From: an uncultured Pelagibacteraceae bacterium
GTDB taxonomy: Bacteria > Pseudomonadota > Alphaproteobacteria > Pelagibacterales > Pelagibacteraceae
Direction: 5' to 3'
Assembly: GCA_902619595.1 (NCBI GenBank)
Contig: CACNFE010000006.1
Coordinates: 3,194 to 67,193, forward strand
Length of the DNA stretch: 64,000 bases
Each line of letters begins with the position of its first letter. The stretch's first letter is position 1. Below, piece after piece: positions 45,292 through 54,806 of this stretch. A program made the translations under genes and the position numbers. The notes beneath the pieces were generated by a model. It was not told the origin of the DNA. It saw nothing but the letters and a program-made list of their open reading frames with translations, and made no database searches.

Positions 45292-45587
45292 TGAGAATTA
45301 ATTTAACCAAAAAAGATATTATCAATGCCATTTATATGCAGATTGGTTTTTCAAAAAAAATAGCTGATAATCTATTTGATGATATAATTGAAAGCATAAT
45401 TGAAAATTTAATTGAGCATAAAAAAATAAAAATTTCTAATTTTGGAACATTTATTATTAGAGAAAAAAAAAGTAGACCTGGGATAAACTTTCAAACCAAA
45501 GAAAAAAAATTGATAAAGGAACGTAAGGTAATTTTATTTAAACCCTCAAAAGAATTTAAAAATTTTATAAATGAAAACGATCAATAA
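45291..45587 (+). CDS. ihfA: Integration host factor alpha / HU-family protein
   Basis: LTKKDI, KISNFGTF..REKKSR.G.N, FKPS; context plsX-ihfA-merR. Confidence 0.82.
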   Translation: MRINLTKKDIINAIYMQIGFSKKIADNLFDDIIESIIENLIEHKKIKISNFGTFIIREKKSRPGINFQTKEKKLIKERKVILFKPSKEFKNFINENDQ

Positions 45588-45957
45588 ACTTGAAAAAGCA
45601 TATAAAACTATTAGCGAAGTCGCTGAAATCTTGAATTTACGTGATAAAAAAAGTGGAAAGTTAAGCACGCATACTATCCGATTTTGGGAAAAAAATTTTA
45701 AACAAATCAAACCTAAAGTTTTTAATTCAAAAAGAAGATATTATGATCAAAATAGTATAGAAATGTTAAAAAAAATTAAATTTTTACTTAAAGAAGAAGG
45801 TTTCACTATAAATGGAGTGAAAAAAATGCTTAATAAAAATACTTCTTTAAATATTGACGATTTCTCAGAAAAATCTATAAGTATCCCTGATAAAAATATA
45901 AAATTTAAATTAACTAAAATTTTAAAAATTATAAAAGAAATAAAAGATATAAATTAA
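45571..45957 (+). CDS. MerR-family HTH regulator
   Basis: TISEVA, HTIRFWE, RRYY, GFTINGVKK. Confidence 0.88.
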   Translation: MKTINKLEKAYKTISEVAEILNLRDKKSGKLSTHTIRFWEKNFKQIKPKVFNSKRRYYDQNSIEMLKKIKFLLKEEGFTINGVKKMLNKNTSLNIDDFSEKSISIPDKNIKFKLTKILKIIKEIKDIN

Positions 45958-46148
45958 TGGCAAAAAAAACACATGTTAAAGTAAGATTGGTACCTGAAGC
46001 TAAACCAGATAGTCCTTTTTTTTATTATGTTAAAAAACCGGCAGGTGGAGAAAAAGCAAAGGTTAAGTTAAAAGCTAGAAAATATAATCCAAGCACCAGA
46101 AAACATGAAATTTTTGTGGAGAAAAAATTGCCTCCACATAGCAAATAG
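45957..46148 (+). CDS. rpmG: 50S ribosomal protein bL33, divergent Cys-free form
   Basis: MAKK...VRLV...FFY..KK...KARKYNP..RKH..F.EKK pattern. Confidence 0.78.
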   Translation: MAKKTHVKVRLVPEAKPDSPFFYYVKKPAGGEKAKVKLKARKYNPSTRKHEIFVEKKLPPHSK

Positions 46149-46149
46149 T

Positions 46150-46440
46150 TTATTTTTTTTTAAAGTTTCTTTTCTCGTAGTCTATATACGACCAAATCAT
46201 ATTTTTCCAAATTCTATTGGTGATTTTAGGGTCTATCTTTTTCTGAATTGATTTATTTTTTATTTTCTTAAGGATAAACGATATTCTTTTTTTATCTATT
46301 ATTTCATTTTTATATTTTTTTAATTTAAGAACTTCATTGACTAAAAGAGTTCTTTTTTTAATTATATTAAGAAGTGTATTATCGAGTTTATCTAGTTTAT
46401 TCCTTACTTTTGATAATTTACTTTTATTTAATGGCGACAT
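46150..46440 (-). CDS. Chorismate mutase (AroQ type)
   Basis: L..VR..LD.LD..L...I..R...V..LK...I.D.KR pattern. Confidence 0.8.
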   Translation of the reverse strand: MSPLNKSKLSKVRNKLDKLDNTLLNIIKKRTLLVNEVLKLKKYKNEIIDKKRISFILKKIKNKSIQKKIDPKITNRIWKNMIWSYIDYEKRNFKKK

Positions 46441-46482
46441 TTATACAATTGGTTGAATGATAAATTATTATATTTATAAAGC

Positions 46483-47514
46483 ATGTTTGTAAATAGTGAT
46501 ATCAAAACTAAGGCGATTACATATTGGTTATTAACCATTTATTTATTATTGATCTTTATGATTGCTATAGGCGGATTAACGAGACTTACTGATTCTGGTC
46601 TATCAATTACTCAATGGGAATTATTTAAAGGTATTTTGCCTCCTATAAATTCAAACGAATGGAATATATATTTTGAAAAGTATAAAAAAATTCCTGAATT
46701 TATTTATTTAAATAGTGATATTTCATTAAACGAATTTAAATTTATTTTTTATTGGGAGTATTTTCACAGATTACTTGGGAGAATTATTGGTTTGGTCTGT
46801 ATAATACCATTAATATACTTTTTTTTTAAATTCAGAAATAAAAATATCTCAATGTACAAATATACTGCAATATTTTTCTTAGTTTGTTTGCAGGGAACTG
46901 TTGGTTGGTACATGGTTGAGAGCGGTTTAGTTGATAGAGTAGATGTGAGCCACTATAGACTTGCAACACATTTATCTTTAGCTTTTGTGATATTATCTCT
47001 TACTCTATGGTATATATTTGAAAATTTACAGATAAAATGTTTTCATAATAAAATTTCATCTTCGTTAGTTCTTTCAATTTTTATTTTAATATTTTTACAA
47101 ATTATTTTAGGTGCATTTCTTGCTGGTTTAGATGGTGGGTTAATTTACAATACATGGCCCGATATGAATGGAGATTTTTTACCAAATGATAGTAATGCAA
47201 ACCTGATTTTTTCCCTAGAGGCATTTAGCACACCTTCAATTGTTCAATTTATTCATAGAAATATTGCTTATGTTTTAATGCTTCTAGTTTTTTATTTTAA
47301 TTACGTTTATATAAAGAGCAGATTGCCAATCAAACCGTTATTGATTTTTGATTTAGCAATTTGTTTTCAAATTATTTTAGGAGTTGTAACATTATTATCT
47401 GGTGCAAAAATAATATATGCATCTTTGCACCAAATAGGATCAATATTAGTTGTAAGTAGTTTTTTACTTATTTTATATAAAAATTTTAAAACTAACTTAC
47501 CGCTTTCAGGTTAG
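46483..47514 (+). CDS. ctaA: Heme A synthase (COX15/CtaA)
   Basis: GGLTRLTDSGLSITQW, WEYFHRLLGR, VSHYRLATH, YNTWP, HQ. Confidence 0.93.
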   Translation: MFVNSDIKTKAITYWLLTIYLLLIFMIAIGGLTRLTDSGLSITQWELFKGILPPINSNEWNIYFEKYKKIPEFIYLNSDISLNEFKFIFYWEYFHRLLGRIIGLVCIIPLIYFFFKFRNKNISMYKYTAIFFLVCLQGTVGWYMVESGLVDRVDVSHYRLATHLSLAFVILSLTLWYIFENLQIKCFHNKISSSLVLSIFILIFLQIILGAFLAGLDGGLIYNTWPDMNGDFLPNDSNANLIFSLEAFSTPSIVQFIHRNIAYVLMLLVFYFNYVYIKSRLPIKPLLIFDLAICFQIILGVVTLLSGAKIIYASLHQIGSILVVSSFLLILYKNFKTNLPLSG

Positions 47515-48811
47515 GCTTACCAGATGCACTTAGTGCTTGATCTAAATCAGCTATTATATCATCTGGATGTTCGATACCTATAGATAATCTTACATAACCA
47601 GGAGTAACTCCTGCAGCTAGAAGCTCCTCAGGTGTTAATTGACTATGTGTTGTAGTTGCGGGATGTATTGCTAAACTTCTTGCATCCCCAATATTAGCTA
47701 CATGGTAAAACATTTTTAAAGCCTCAATAAACTTTTTACCAGCTTCGACTCCACCCTTAACTTCAATACCAACAAGAGCACCATTTCCGCCTTTAAGATA
47801 TTTTTTAGACCGTGCTGCTATATCTCCCTTATGAAGTGTTGGATAGATTACTCTTTCGACATTTTTATGTTTGTTTAAAAAAGCTACCGCTTTTTCAGCA
47901 TTAGAACAATGTTGTTTCATTCTTAATGGAGCTGTTTCAAGACCTTGAATTATTCCCCATGCATTATCTGGAGCTAATGGAGCGCCCAAGTCTCTTAGCA
48001 AACATACTCTGGCTCTTACCGCAAAAGCTACATTTGCACCAGTTAACTGAGGAACAACTTCTCCCCATACAGCACCACCATAACTAGCATCAGGTTCATT
48101 AAACATTGGTTGTCTTTTTTTATCTGCTGTCCAGTCAAAGTTTCCTCCGTCAACCAAACAACCACCAATTACAGTGCCGTGTCCACCAATAAATTTAGTT
48201 AATGAATGAACTACTACTGCCGCACCATGTTCGATTGGTTTACATATTACAGGAGCCGCTGTGTTGTCCATGATTAATGGTATATTATGTTTTCTTCCAA
48301 TATCAGAAACTTCTTTTATAGGAAAAACTCTTAAATATGGATTAGGAAGAGTTTCAGCATAAAAACATCTTGTTCTTTCATCGATTAATTTTTCAAAGTT
48401 TTTTGGATCAGAAGGATCGGCATATCTACATTCAATACCAAGTTTTTTTAGCGTGTGTGTAAATAAGTTTACTGTTCCACCGTATAAATCTGTTGAACTT
48501 ATAAAATTATCTCCTGATTGACAGACATTCATAATGGCAAAAGTAGATGCAGCTTGACCTGAGCCAACTGTAACACATGCTAATCCACCTTCTAATGCAG
48601 CAACTCTTTTTTCAAGTACATCATTAGTTGGATTCATGATCCTTGTGTAAATGTTACCAAACTCTTTTAAAGCAAATAAATTCGCAGCATTATCGGTATT
48701 CTTAAACTGATAAGATGTAGTCCTATATATTGGTACTGCTACAGAAGTGGTAGATGGATCACTTCTATAATCACCACCATGCAAAGCTATTGTTTCTGGA
48801 TTTTTACTCAT
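47492..48811 (-). CDS. metY: O-acetylhomoserine/O-acetylserine sulfhydrylase
   Basis: YTRIMNPT, GSGQAA, LYGGT, HSLTKFIGGHG, ANIGD, HPATTTH; GGAGG RBS. Confidence 0.9.
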   Translation of the reverse strand: MSKNPETIALHGGDYRSDPSTTSVAVPIYRTTSYQFKNTDNAANLFALKEFGNIYTRIMNPTNDVLEKRVAALEGGLACVTVGSGQAASTFAIMNVCQSGDNFISSTDLYGGTVNLFTHTLKKLGIECRYADPSDPKNFEKLIDERTRCFYAETLPNPYLRVFPIKEVSDIGRKHNIPLIMDNTAAPVICKPIEHGAAVVVHSLTKFIGGHGTVIGGCLVDGGNFDWTADKKRQPMFNEPDASYGGAVWGEVVPQLTGANVAFAVRARVCLLRDLGAPLAPDNAWGIIQGLETAPLRMKQHCSNAEKAVAFLNKHKNVERVIYPTLHKGDIAARSKKYLKGGNGALVGIEVKGGVEAGKKFIEALKMFYHVANIGDARSLAIHPATTTHSQLTPEELLAAGVTPGYVRLSIGIEHPDDIIADLDQALSASGKPNLKAVS

Positions 48812-48927
48812 TTTTGTTTCCTCCCTAATTTATTGAAATTCAATTTTATTATAGTTTAAGTTATGGAAGCAATAGCTAAAAAAGGCTTTATTACTTAACT
48901 TTTGTAGTAATTTAGAGGACCTATTAA

Positions 48928-48956
48928 TTGACAAACAATACTTTTATAAGTATTAA
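48928..48956 (+). promoter_or_regulatory. Sigma70 promoter of rplM-rpsI
   Basis: TTGACA-17 nt-TATTAA, ending 10 nt before ATG 48967. Confidence 0.6.
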
Positions 48957-48966
48957 TCCCGCATCC

Positions 48967-49428
48967 ATGACTAAATTTATAAAAAAATCTGAGATTACCT
49001 CAAAATGGTACGAAATTGATGCTAATAACGCTGTTGTCGGTAGACTCGCTACAGTGGTATCAAAAATTTTAAGAGGGAAAAACAAAGCTACATATACTCC
49101 ACATATGGATACAGGAGATTTTGTAATAGTTAAAAATATAGAAAAAATAAAATTTACTGGAAGTAAGTTTCAAAACAAAAAATATTATAAACATACAGGT
49201 TATCCCGGGGGTATAAAAGAGACAACTCCAGAAAAATTAACTGAAAAAAATAAACCTGATGAAATTTTAAAATTAGCAGTGAAAAGAATGCTACCAAAAG
49301 GACCATTAGCAAAAAAACAGCTTACAAAATTAAAAATTTATTCAGGAGGCGACCATCCACATGTATCACAAAGTCCAGTTGTATTAAATTTATCAAATTT
49401 AAACAGAAAAAATATTATTAAAAATTAA
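48967..49428 (+). CDS. rplM: 50S ribosomal protein uL13
   Basis: W..IDA...GRLA, YTPHMDTGD, HTGYPGG, AVKRMLPK; start at ATG 48967. Confidence 0.97.
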   Translation: MTKFIKKSEITSKWYEIDANNAVVGRLATVVSKILRGKNKATYTPHMDTGDFVIVKNIEKIKFTGSKFQNKKYYKHTGYPGGIKETTPEKLTEKNKPDEILKLAVKRMLPKGPLAKKQLTKLKIYSGGDHPHVSQSPVVLNLSNLNRKNIIKN

Positions 49429-49863
49429 ATGGAAACAGCATCAAACTCGCAGACAATAAAATCTAAAATGGATATTGAAGGAAGTAAGTATGCTACAGGC
49501 AGAAGAAAAACATCTATAGCTAAAATCTGGCTTAAGAAAGGAAATGGCAATATTTCAATTAATGGTAAAGATTATAAAGATTACTTTAAAAGAGCTAACC
49601 ATAAAATGCAATTATTAAGACCATTCGAAATCCTTAATGTTTCCACTTCATATGATGTAAAATGTAATGTTAAGGGAGGTGGATTATCAGGTCAAGTAGG
49701 AGCTTTAGTTCATGGTATTTCTAAGGCTCTAGTATTATTTGATGCAAACTCGAAGACTACACTTAAAAAAGAAAAGCTAACCACAAGAGATTCTAGGGCA
49801 GTTGAAAGAAAAAAATACGGTCACAGAAAAGCTAGACGAAGTTTTCAATTCTCTAAAAGATAA
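49429..49863 (+). CDS. rpsI: 30S ribosomal protein uS9
   Basis: ATGRRK, GGGLSGQ, ERKKYG..KAR..QFSKR. Confidence 0.97.
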   Translation: METASNSQTIKSKMDIEGSKYATGRRKTSIAKIWLKKGNGNISINGKDYKDYFKRANHKMQLLRPFEILNVSTSYDVKCNVKGGGLSGQVGALVHGISKALVLFDANSKTTLKKEKLTTRDSRAVERKKYGHRKARRSFQFSKR

Positions 49864-49882
49864 TACTTTTTTTAATTTAAAC

Positions 49883-49891
49883 TGTTATAAT
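49883..49891 (+). promoter_or_regulatory. Extended -10 promoter of argC (likely leaderless)
   Basis: Perfect TGtTATAAT then 5 nt then ATG 49897. Confidence 0.55.
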
Positions 49892-49896
49892 GTAAA

Positions 49897-50913
49897 ATGG
49901 CTAAACTTAATGTATTAGTAGCAGGTTGTACTGGTTATATTGGTATTCAATTAATTAAACTCTTACTAAATCACAAAAGAGTAAAGATTAAATATCTTTG
50001 TGGAAGTTCATCTGTTGGAAAGAAAATTTCTTTCTTTGATAGATCTATTAAGAAAAAATTACCTAAAATAACTAAATTTGATAAAACTAAATTAAAAGAT
50101 GTTGACCTTATCTTTACCGCATTACCAAATGGTGAATCACAGATCATATCAAGAAATTTAAATAAAAATAATGTTTTAATTGATCTAGCAGCTGACTTTA
50201 GACTGAGTGCTAAAGACTACTTTAAATGGTATAAACAAAAACATAAAGCACAAAAAAATATTAAAAAAAGTATTTATTCATTACCCGAACTTAACTCAAA
50301 AAATTTAAAAAAATTTCAAATTTTATCTTGTCCAGGATGTTACCCAACATCAATTTTATTACCACTTGTCCCGCTTGTTAAAAAAAATATGATTAGTATG
50401 AAAAATATTATTATAGACTCTAAATCTGGTTATTCAGGTGCAGGGAGAAGTGTCCATAAAAAATTTAAAAATAAAAACTTATATGAGTCACTTAGTGCAT
50501 ATGGGGTAGGCTTTCATAGACATAATTCTGAAATTCAAAACGAATTAAATTTAGCATCTAATAAAAAAATAAATTTTAGTTTTACACCACATTTAACACC
50601 AATGTTTAGAGGTATCCTAACAACAATATATATAGATATGAATAAAAATATTACTCAAGATAAAATTTATAAAACACTTATAAATTTCTATAAAAATGAT
50701 TATTTCATAAAAATAATGAGTAAAAATACTTATTTAAGTACTAATGATGTTATTAATACTAATTATTGTAAAATATCAGTATGTAAGTCAAAATATAAAA
50801 ATAAACTCATAATTTTATCAAGCATCGATAACCTAATAAAAGGTGGATCTGGTCAAGCTATCCAAAACATGAATAAGAAATTTAATTTTCCTGAAAAAAT
50901 GGGACTTGTATGA
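49897..50913 (+). CDS. argC: N-acetyl-gamma-glutamyl-phosphate reductase
   Basis: GCTGYIG, IDLAADFRL, PGCYPT, SGYSGAG, DNLIKGGSGQA. Confidence 0.95.
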   Translation: MAKLNVLVAGCTGYIGIQLIKLLLNHKRVKIKYLCGSSSVGKKISFFDRSIKKKLPKITKFDKTKLKDVDLIFTALPNGESQIISRNLNKNNVLIDLAADFRLSAKDYFKWYKQKHKAQKNIKKSIYSLPELNSKNLKKFQILSCPGCYPTSILLPLVPLVKKNMISMKNIIIDSKSGYSGAGRSVHKKFKNKNLYESLSAYGVGFHRHNSEIQNELNLASNKKINFSFTPHLTPMFRGILTTIYIDMNKNITQDKIYKTLINFYKNDYFIKIMSKNTYLSTNDVINTNYCKISVCKSKYKNKLIILSSIDNLIKGGSGQAIQNMNKKFNFPEKMGLV

Positions 50914-51080
50914 GAATATTAATAATACTTTTATTTTTACTAACTTCATGTATGTCTAGTAAGAAAGTTGATACAAGTTCTTTTAATGAAAATAATTTGT
51001 ATGATTTAACGATTGAAGAATATAAAGAAATGTTAAAAAATTATAATAACAATAAAGATTTTCCAGATATAGAAAACTAA
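50910..51080 (+). CDS. Small hypothetical lipoprotein (56 aa)
   Basis: Hand translation MRILIILLFLLTSCMSSKKVD...FPDIEN; lipobox LTSC; ATGA overlap with argC stop; stop 1 nt before hom ATG. Confidence 0.7.
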   Translation: MRILIILLFLLTSCMSSKKVDTSSFNENNLYDLTIEEYKEMLKNYNNNKDFPDIEN

Positions 51081-51081
51081 A

Positions 51082-52368
51082 ATGAAAAAAAATTACAATA
51101 TTGCTATAGTTGGATTAGGCCAAGTTGGTCTTTATCTTTATAATGAATTAAAAATAAAGAAAAAAGACATTGAAACAAAAACAGGCAAACAAATAAAAAT
51201 TGTAGCTATTTCAGCAAAAAATAAAAATAAGAAGAGGAAATATAAGATTGATAAAAAAATTTTTTATAGTAATCCACTAAATATTTTTAAAAATAAAATT
51301 GATATTTTAATTGAGTGCATAGGTCTTTCTGATGGAATTTCAAAATCTATTGTTGAAAAAGCTTTAAATAAAAAAATACACGTTATTACACCAAATAAAG
51401 CTCTTATTTCAAAGCACGGTGACAGACTATCTGAAATTGCGGAAAAGAATAAAGTAAATCTAGAATTCGAAGCTTCTGTTGGAGGAGGTATACCTATTCT
51501 TAGAACAATTAAAGAAGGCCTTGCAACTAACAAAATTTCAAAAGTTTATGGAATTTTAAATGGCACATGTAATTATATATTATCAGAAATGGAATTTACT
51601 AAAGATAGTTTCCAAAATGTTTTAAAAAAAGCGCAGAAATTAGGTTATGCCGAACCTGGAAATCCAAAATTAGATCTTAACGGTTATGATGCTATGGCCA
51701 AGGTTAAAATCTTATCAGCACTTTCTTTTAATAAAACAATATCATCTAATAAATCCCTTATGGAAGGAATAGAGAATATCGAAAGTAAGGACTTTGATAT
51801 AGCTGAACAACTTAATTTAAGAATAAAATTACTTGGTATAACTGAAATAATTGATAATAAATTATTTGAAAGAGTGCACCCGTGCTTAGTCAAAAATAAT
51901 ACGTATATTGCTAATGTATCTGGTGTAATGAATGCTGTCATATTAGATGGCAAGCCAGTTGGTGAGAGTGTTTTACAAGGGGAGGGTGCTGGTCCTGGAC
52001 CCACTTCATCTGCCTTAATGTCGGATCTTTTATCAATACTAAGAGGTAATATAAAATACCCATTTGGTATTTCCTCAAAAAAAAGGAAAAAAATACAAAT
52101 TTATGATTCAAACAATTATGTTAATTCACTTTACCTTAGATTTGAGGTCAAAGATAAACCAGGTGTTTTATCGCAAATTACTAGGCAGTTAGCAAAATAT
52201 AAAATTTCGATACAAAGATTAATACAAATTCCTGATAATTCTAAGAAGAAAGCTTCAATTATAATCATCACACACAATGTAAAGGAATATTTTTCAAAAA
52301 AATGTCTAAATTCATTTAGATTAAATAAAAATATAATCAAGAAACCTATAGTGATAAGACTATTTTAA
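51082..52368 (+). CDS. hom: Homoserine dehydrogenase
   Basis: GLGQVG, FEASVGGGIP, GILNGT, GYAE, GEGAG..PT, C-terminal ACT (DKPGVL). Confidence 0.95.
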   Translation: MKKNYNIAIVGLGQVGLYLYNELKIKKKDIETKTGKQIKIVAISAKNKNKKRKYKIDKKIFYSNPLNIFKNKIDILIECIGLSDGISKSIVEKALNKKIHVITPNKALISKHGDRLSEIAEKNKVNLEFEASVGGGIPILRTIKEGLATNKISKVYGILNGTCNYILSEMEFTKDSFQNVLKKAQKLGYAEPGNPKLDLNGYDAMAKVKILSALSFNKTISSNKSLMEGIENIESKDFDIAEQLNLRIKLLGITEIIDNKLFERVHPCLVKNNTYIANVSGVMNAVILDGKPVGESVLQGEGAGPGPTSSALMSDLLSILRGNIKYPFGISSKKRKKIQIYDSNNYVNSLYLRFEVKDKPGVLSQITRQLAKYKISIQRLIQIPDNSKKKASIIIITHNVKEYFSKKCLNSFRLNKNIIKKPIVIRLF

Positions 52369-53270
52369 TGGAAATCTATATCAAACTTTTTGAGGTAGTG
52401 TTTCCAGTATTCTTTGTTGTTGGTATTGGGTATTATTTAGGTAAAAAAAACCCAAAAATTGATACTAAATTTATCACAAATTTTGCAGCTAATATTGGTA
52501 CTCCAGCAATGGTTATTTACGCTGTTACTTCAACTGGAATTAATTTTGAAATATTTAGAGACTATTTTTGGTACTATTTACTCGCAATCATTTGTTTCTC
52601 AATTGTTGGTATAATTAATCTTTTTTTAATTAATACAAAAGATATTATAAGGGAATTGCCACCTTTAATCTTTCCTAATACTGGAAATATGGGCCTGCCA
52701 ATTTGTTTATTCGCTTATGGATCACAAGGATTAGGAGTGTCCGCTTCTATTACTTCATTAATTATCTTAATGCATTTTACTGTTGGTGTTTTTTTAGCAG
52801 ATAGAAAATTTAATTTGGATGTAATAATTAAAAATCCTCCTTTTTATGCAATTATTTTTTCAGCTATAGTATTATTTTATGAAATTGATATGCCGGTTTT
52901 TGTAATTAATACAACGGAGTGGTTAATGTATGTAACTATCTTCTTAATATTAATGTCTCTTGGTATAGCATTAACTAGATTGAAGGTTTTTTCTTTAAAT
53001 AAAGCGGTAATATCATCAATAACTAGAATGTTTATTGGACCATTAATTGGTATTGGATTGATTTGGTTTTTTGATTTAGAAGGCTTTGCTGCTGGAGTTC
53101 TATTAATACAATGCTCAATGCCAAGTGCAGTATTAAATTATTTGGTTGGTTCAATTTATTCTCCTAAAAAAGTTGTTGATAGCGTGGCCAGCACTGTTGT
53201 TGTATCAACAGTGATGTCGTTTATAACTATTCCTATTGTAGTATATTTTGCTTTAAGATACTTTTCTTAA
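52368..53270 (+). CDS. AEC (auxin efflux carrier) family transporter
   Basis: PNTGNMGLP, SMPSAV, S....S....P; ~10 TM segments. Confidence 0.85.
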   Translation: MEIYIKLFEVVFPVFFVVGIGYYLGKKNPKIDTKFITNFAANIGTPAMVIYAVTSTGINFEIFRDYFWYYLLAIICFSIVGIINLFLINTKDIIRELPPLIFPNTGNMGLPICLFAYGSQGLGVSASITSLIILMHFTVGVFLADRKFNLDVIIKNPPFYAIIFSAIVLFYEIDMPVFVINTTEWLMYVTIFLILMSLGIALTRLKVFSLNKAVISSITRMFIGPLIGIGLIWFFDLEGFAAGVLLIQCSMPSAVLNYLVGSIYSPKKVVDSVASTVVVSTVMSFITIPIVVYFALRYFS

Positions 53271-54146
53271 ATGAAGGCAATAATTTTGAACCTTTCGGCC
53301 TGGGCATTATTGCCATTTATGGATGCTATTGCAAAATATCTTTCATCTGAACTATCATTTTTTCAAATAACTTGGGCAAGATATTTTTTCACAGTATTTT
53401 GGACTTTGCCTTTAATGTACTTTTTTTTCAGAAAGAATTTAACTTTTTCTGAGAATCCAAAACTGCAAATTATTAGAGGATTGACTTTATTTTCTGCAAA
53501 TATTTGTTTCTTCTACTCAATTTCAATTATTTCAATGGCTAAGGCTCTGACGTTAGCATTTGTAGCGCCACTTATAACGACAGCATTATCTCCTTTTTTT
53601 TTAAAAGAAAAAGTAGGATTAAGGAGATGGACAGCAGTTCTTATTGGTTTTTTAGGAAGTTTAATAGTAATTAGACCAGGATATTTAGATTTTAATTTAG
53701 CCACTTTAGCAGGTTTAGGTACTGGATTTTTTTATGGAATATATTTAGTAATAACTAGAAAATTACATTCAACAGATAATCCGCTATTAACATTATTACT
53801 TACTGGTGTAGTAGGGGCTTTCATTTCATCATTTTTTGTTCCAATTGTTTGGATACATCCAACTATAAATCAATGGATATGGTTAGGTATAATGGGAATT
53901 TTTGCTTGTTTAGGACATATATGTTTAATTTACTCACTTAGATATGCTGATGCCTCTAAATTAGCTCCTTTTGGCTATTTCGAGATAATTCCAAACATAA
54001 TATTGGGATATTTAATATTTAATGATTTTCCGGATGTTTATACATTTACTGGACTTACAGTAATATGCCTTTCTGGATATTATGTATTTAGAAGAGAATT
54101 AATTTTAAAAAATTTAAAAGGTAATATAAACTTACCTAAATACTAA
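53271..54146 (+). CDS. DMT/EamA family transporter
   Basis: AP.....S...LKEKV..RRW, RPG, ADASKLAPF.Y. Confidence 0.88.
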   Translation: MKAIILNLSAWALLPFMDAIAKYLSSELSFFQITWARYFFTVFWTLPLMYFFFRKNLTFSENPKLQIIRGLTLFSANICFFYSISIISMAKALTLAFVAPLITTALSPFFLKEKVGLRRWTAVLIGFLGSLIVIRPGYLDFNLATLAGLGTGFFYGIYLVITRKLHSTDNPLLTLLLTGVVGAFISSFFVPIVWIHPTINQWIWLGIMGIFACLGHICLIYSLRYADASKLAPFGYFEIIPNIILGYLIFNDFPDVYTFTGLTVICLSGYYVFRRELILKNLKGNINLPKY

Positions 54147-54517
54147 TATTTTACTTTAATTTTATATCATAAATATGTGTAATTATTATTTAAATTAATT
54201 ATTATATTTTTCACAAAAAAATAAGTAAAAAACGAGATAAAATAATTAAAATTTTTGTAAAATATTTCTAAAACTTTAAATAATTTAAGTATTAAGTTAT
54301 TTTTTTATATTTGATCCATCGAAATTTAAGTTAATGAATTTAAGAAGGTCAATTTATCAATATAAAATGGGTCAAATTAAGTAGAATTGCAGATATGGAA
54401 TATAGCGTTTAAAAGGCCATTGGAGGGGCTTATTTAAGCATTTTGTGTTTTATAGTACAACTAAAGGGTGAAATATTAAAAAACACCAATGATTTCTTAT
54501 TAATATTAAAAAAGTGT

Positions 54518-54802
54518 TTAAAATAGAGGCTTTTTTGGCAAAAAACCCTCATTTTTAAGGAGCTTTTTCTTCGTTTTTATGCCACCAGAACCTGAATATC
54601 CACCTAGACTACCATCAGATCTAATTACTCTATGACAAGGTATTTTAGGTGCATATGGGTTCTTTGCGCAGGCATTGGCAACTGCTCTTGCAGATTTAGG
54701 CCTATTTATTGCTATTGCTACTTGTTTATAGGTTTTTACCGAACCTTTTGGAATCAATTTTAAATAATTCCAGACTTTAATTTGAAATTTAGTACCTTTC
54801 AT
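54518..54802 (-). CDS. ogt: Minimal O6-methylguanine-DNA methyltransferase (C-terminal domain only, 94 aa)
   Basis: FQ.KVW..L..IP.G...TY, ARAVANA, active-site PCHRV; real start MKGTKFQ at 54802. Confidence 0.85.
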   Translation of the reverse strand: MKGTKFQIKVWNYLKLIPKGSVKTYKQVAIAINRPKSARAVANACAKNPYAPKIPCHRVIRSDGSLGGYSGSGGIKTKKKLLKNEGFLPKKPLF

Positions 54803-54806
54803 GAAG

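Noticed and set aside
48928-48966. TTG start for rplM given by the ORF track
   Set aside because: That TTG is the -35 box TTGACA; uL13 starts at ATG 48967.
15079-51986. KOPS-like GGGNAGGG octamers as support for the terminus
   Set aside because: I spotted two pointing toward the site (37584, 51979) and one pointing away (15079-15086). That is too few and not an exhaustive scan.
54147-54517. Canonical XerCD dif site or oriC in the long spacer
   Set aside because: No TTATGTTAAAT-like XerD arm at the correct spacing and no clustered DnaA boxes were seen.
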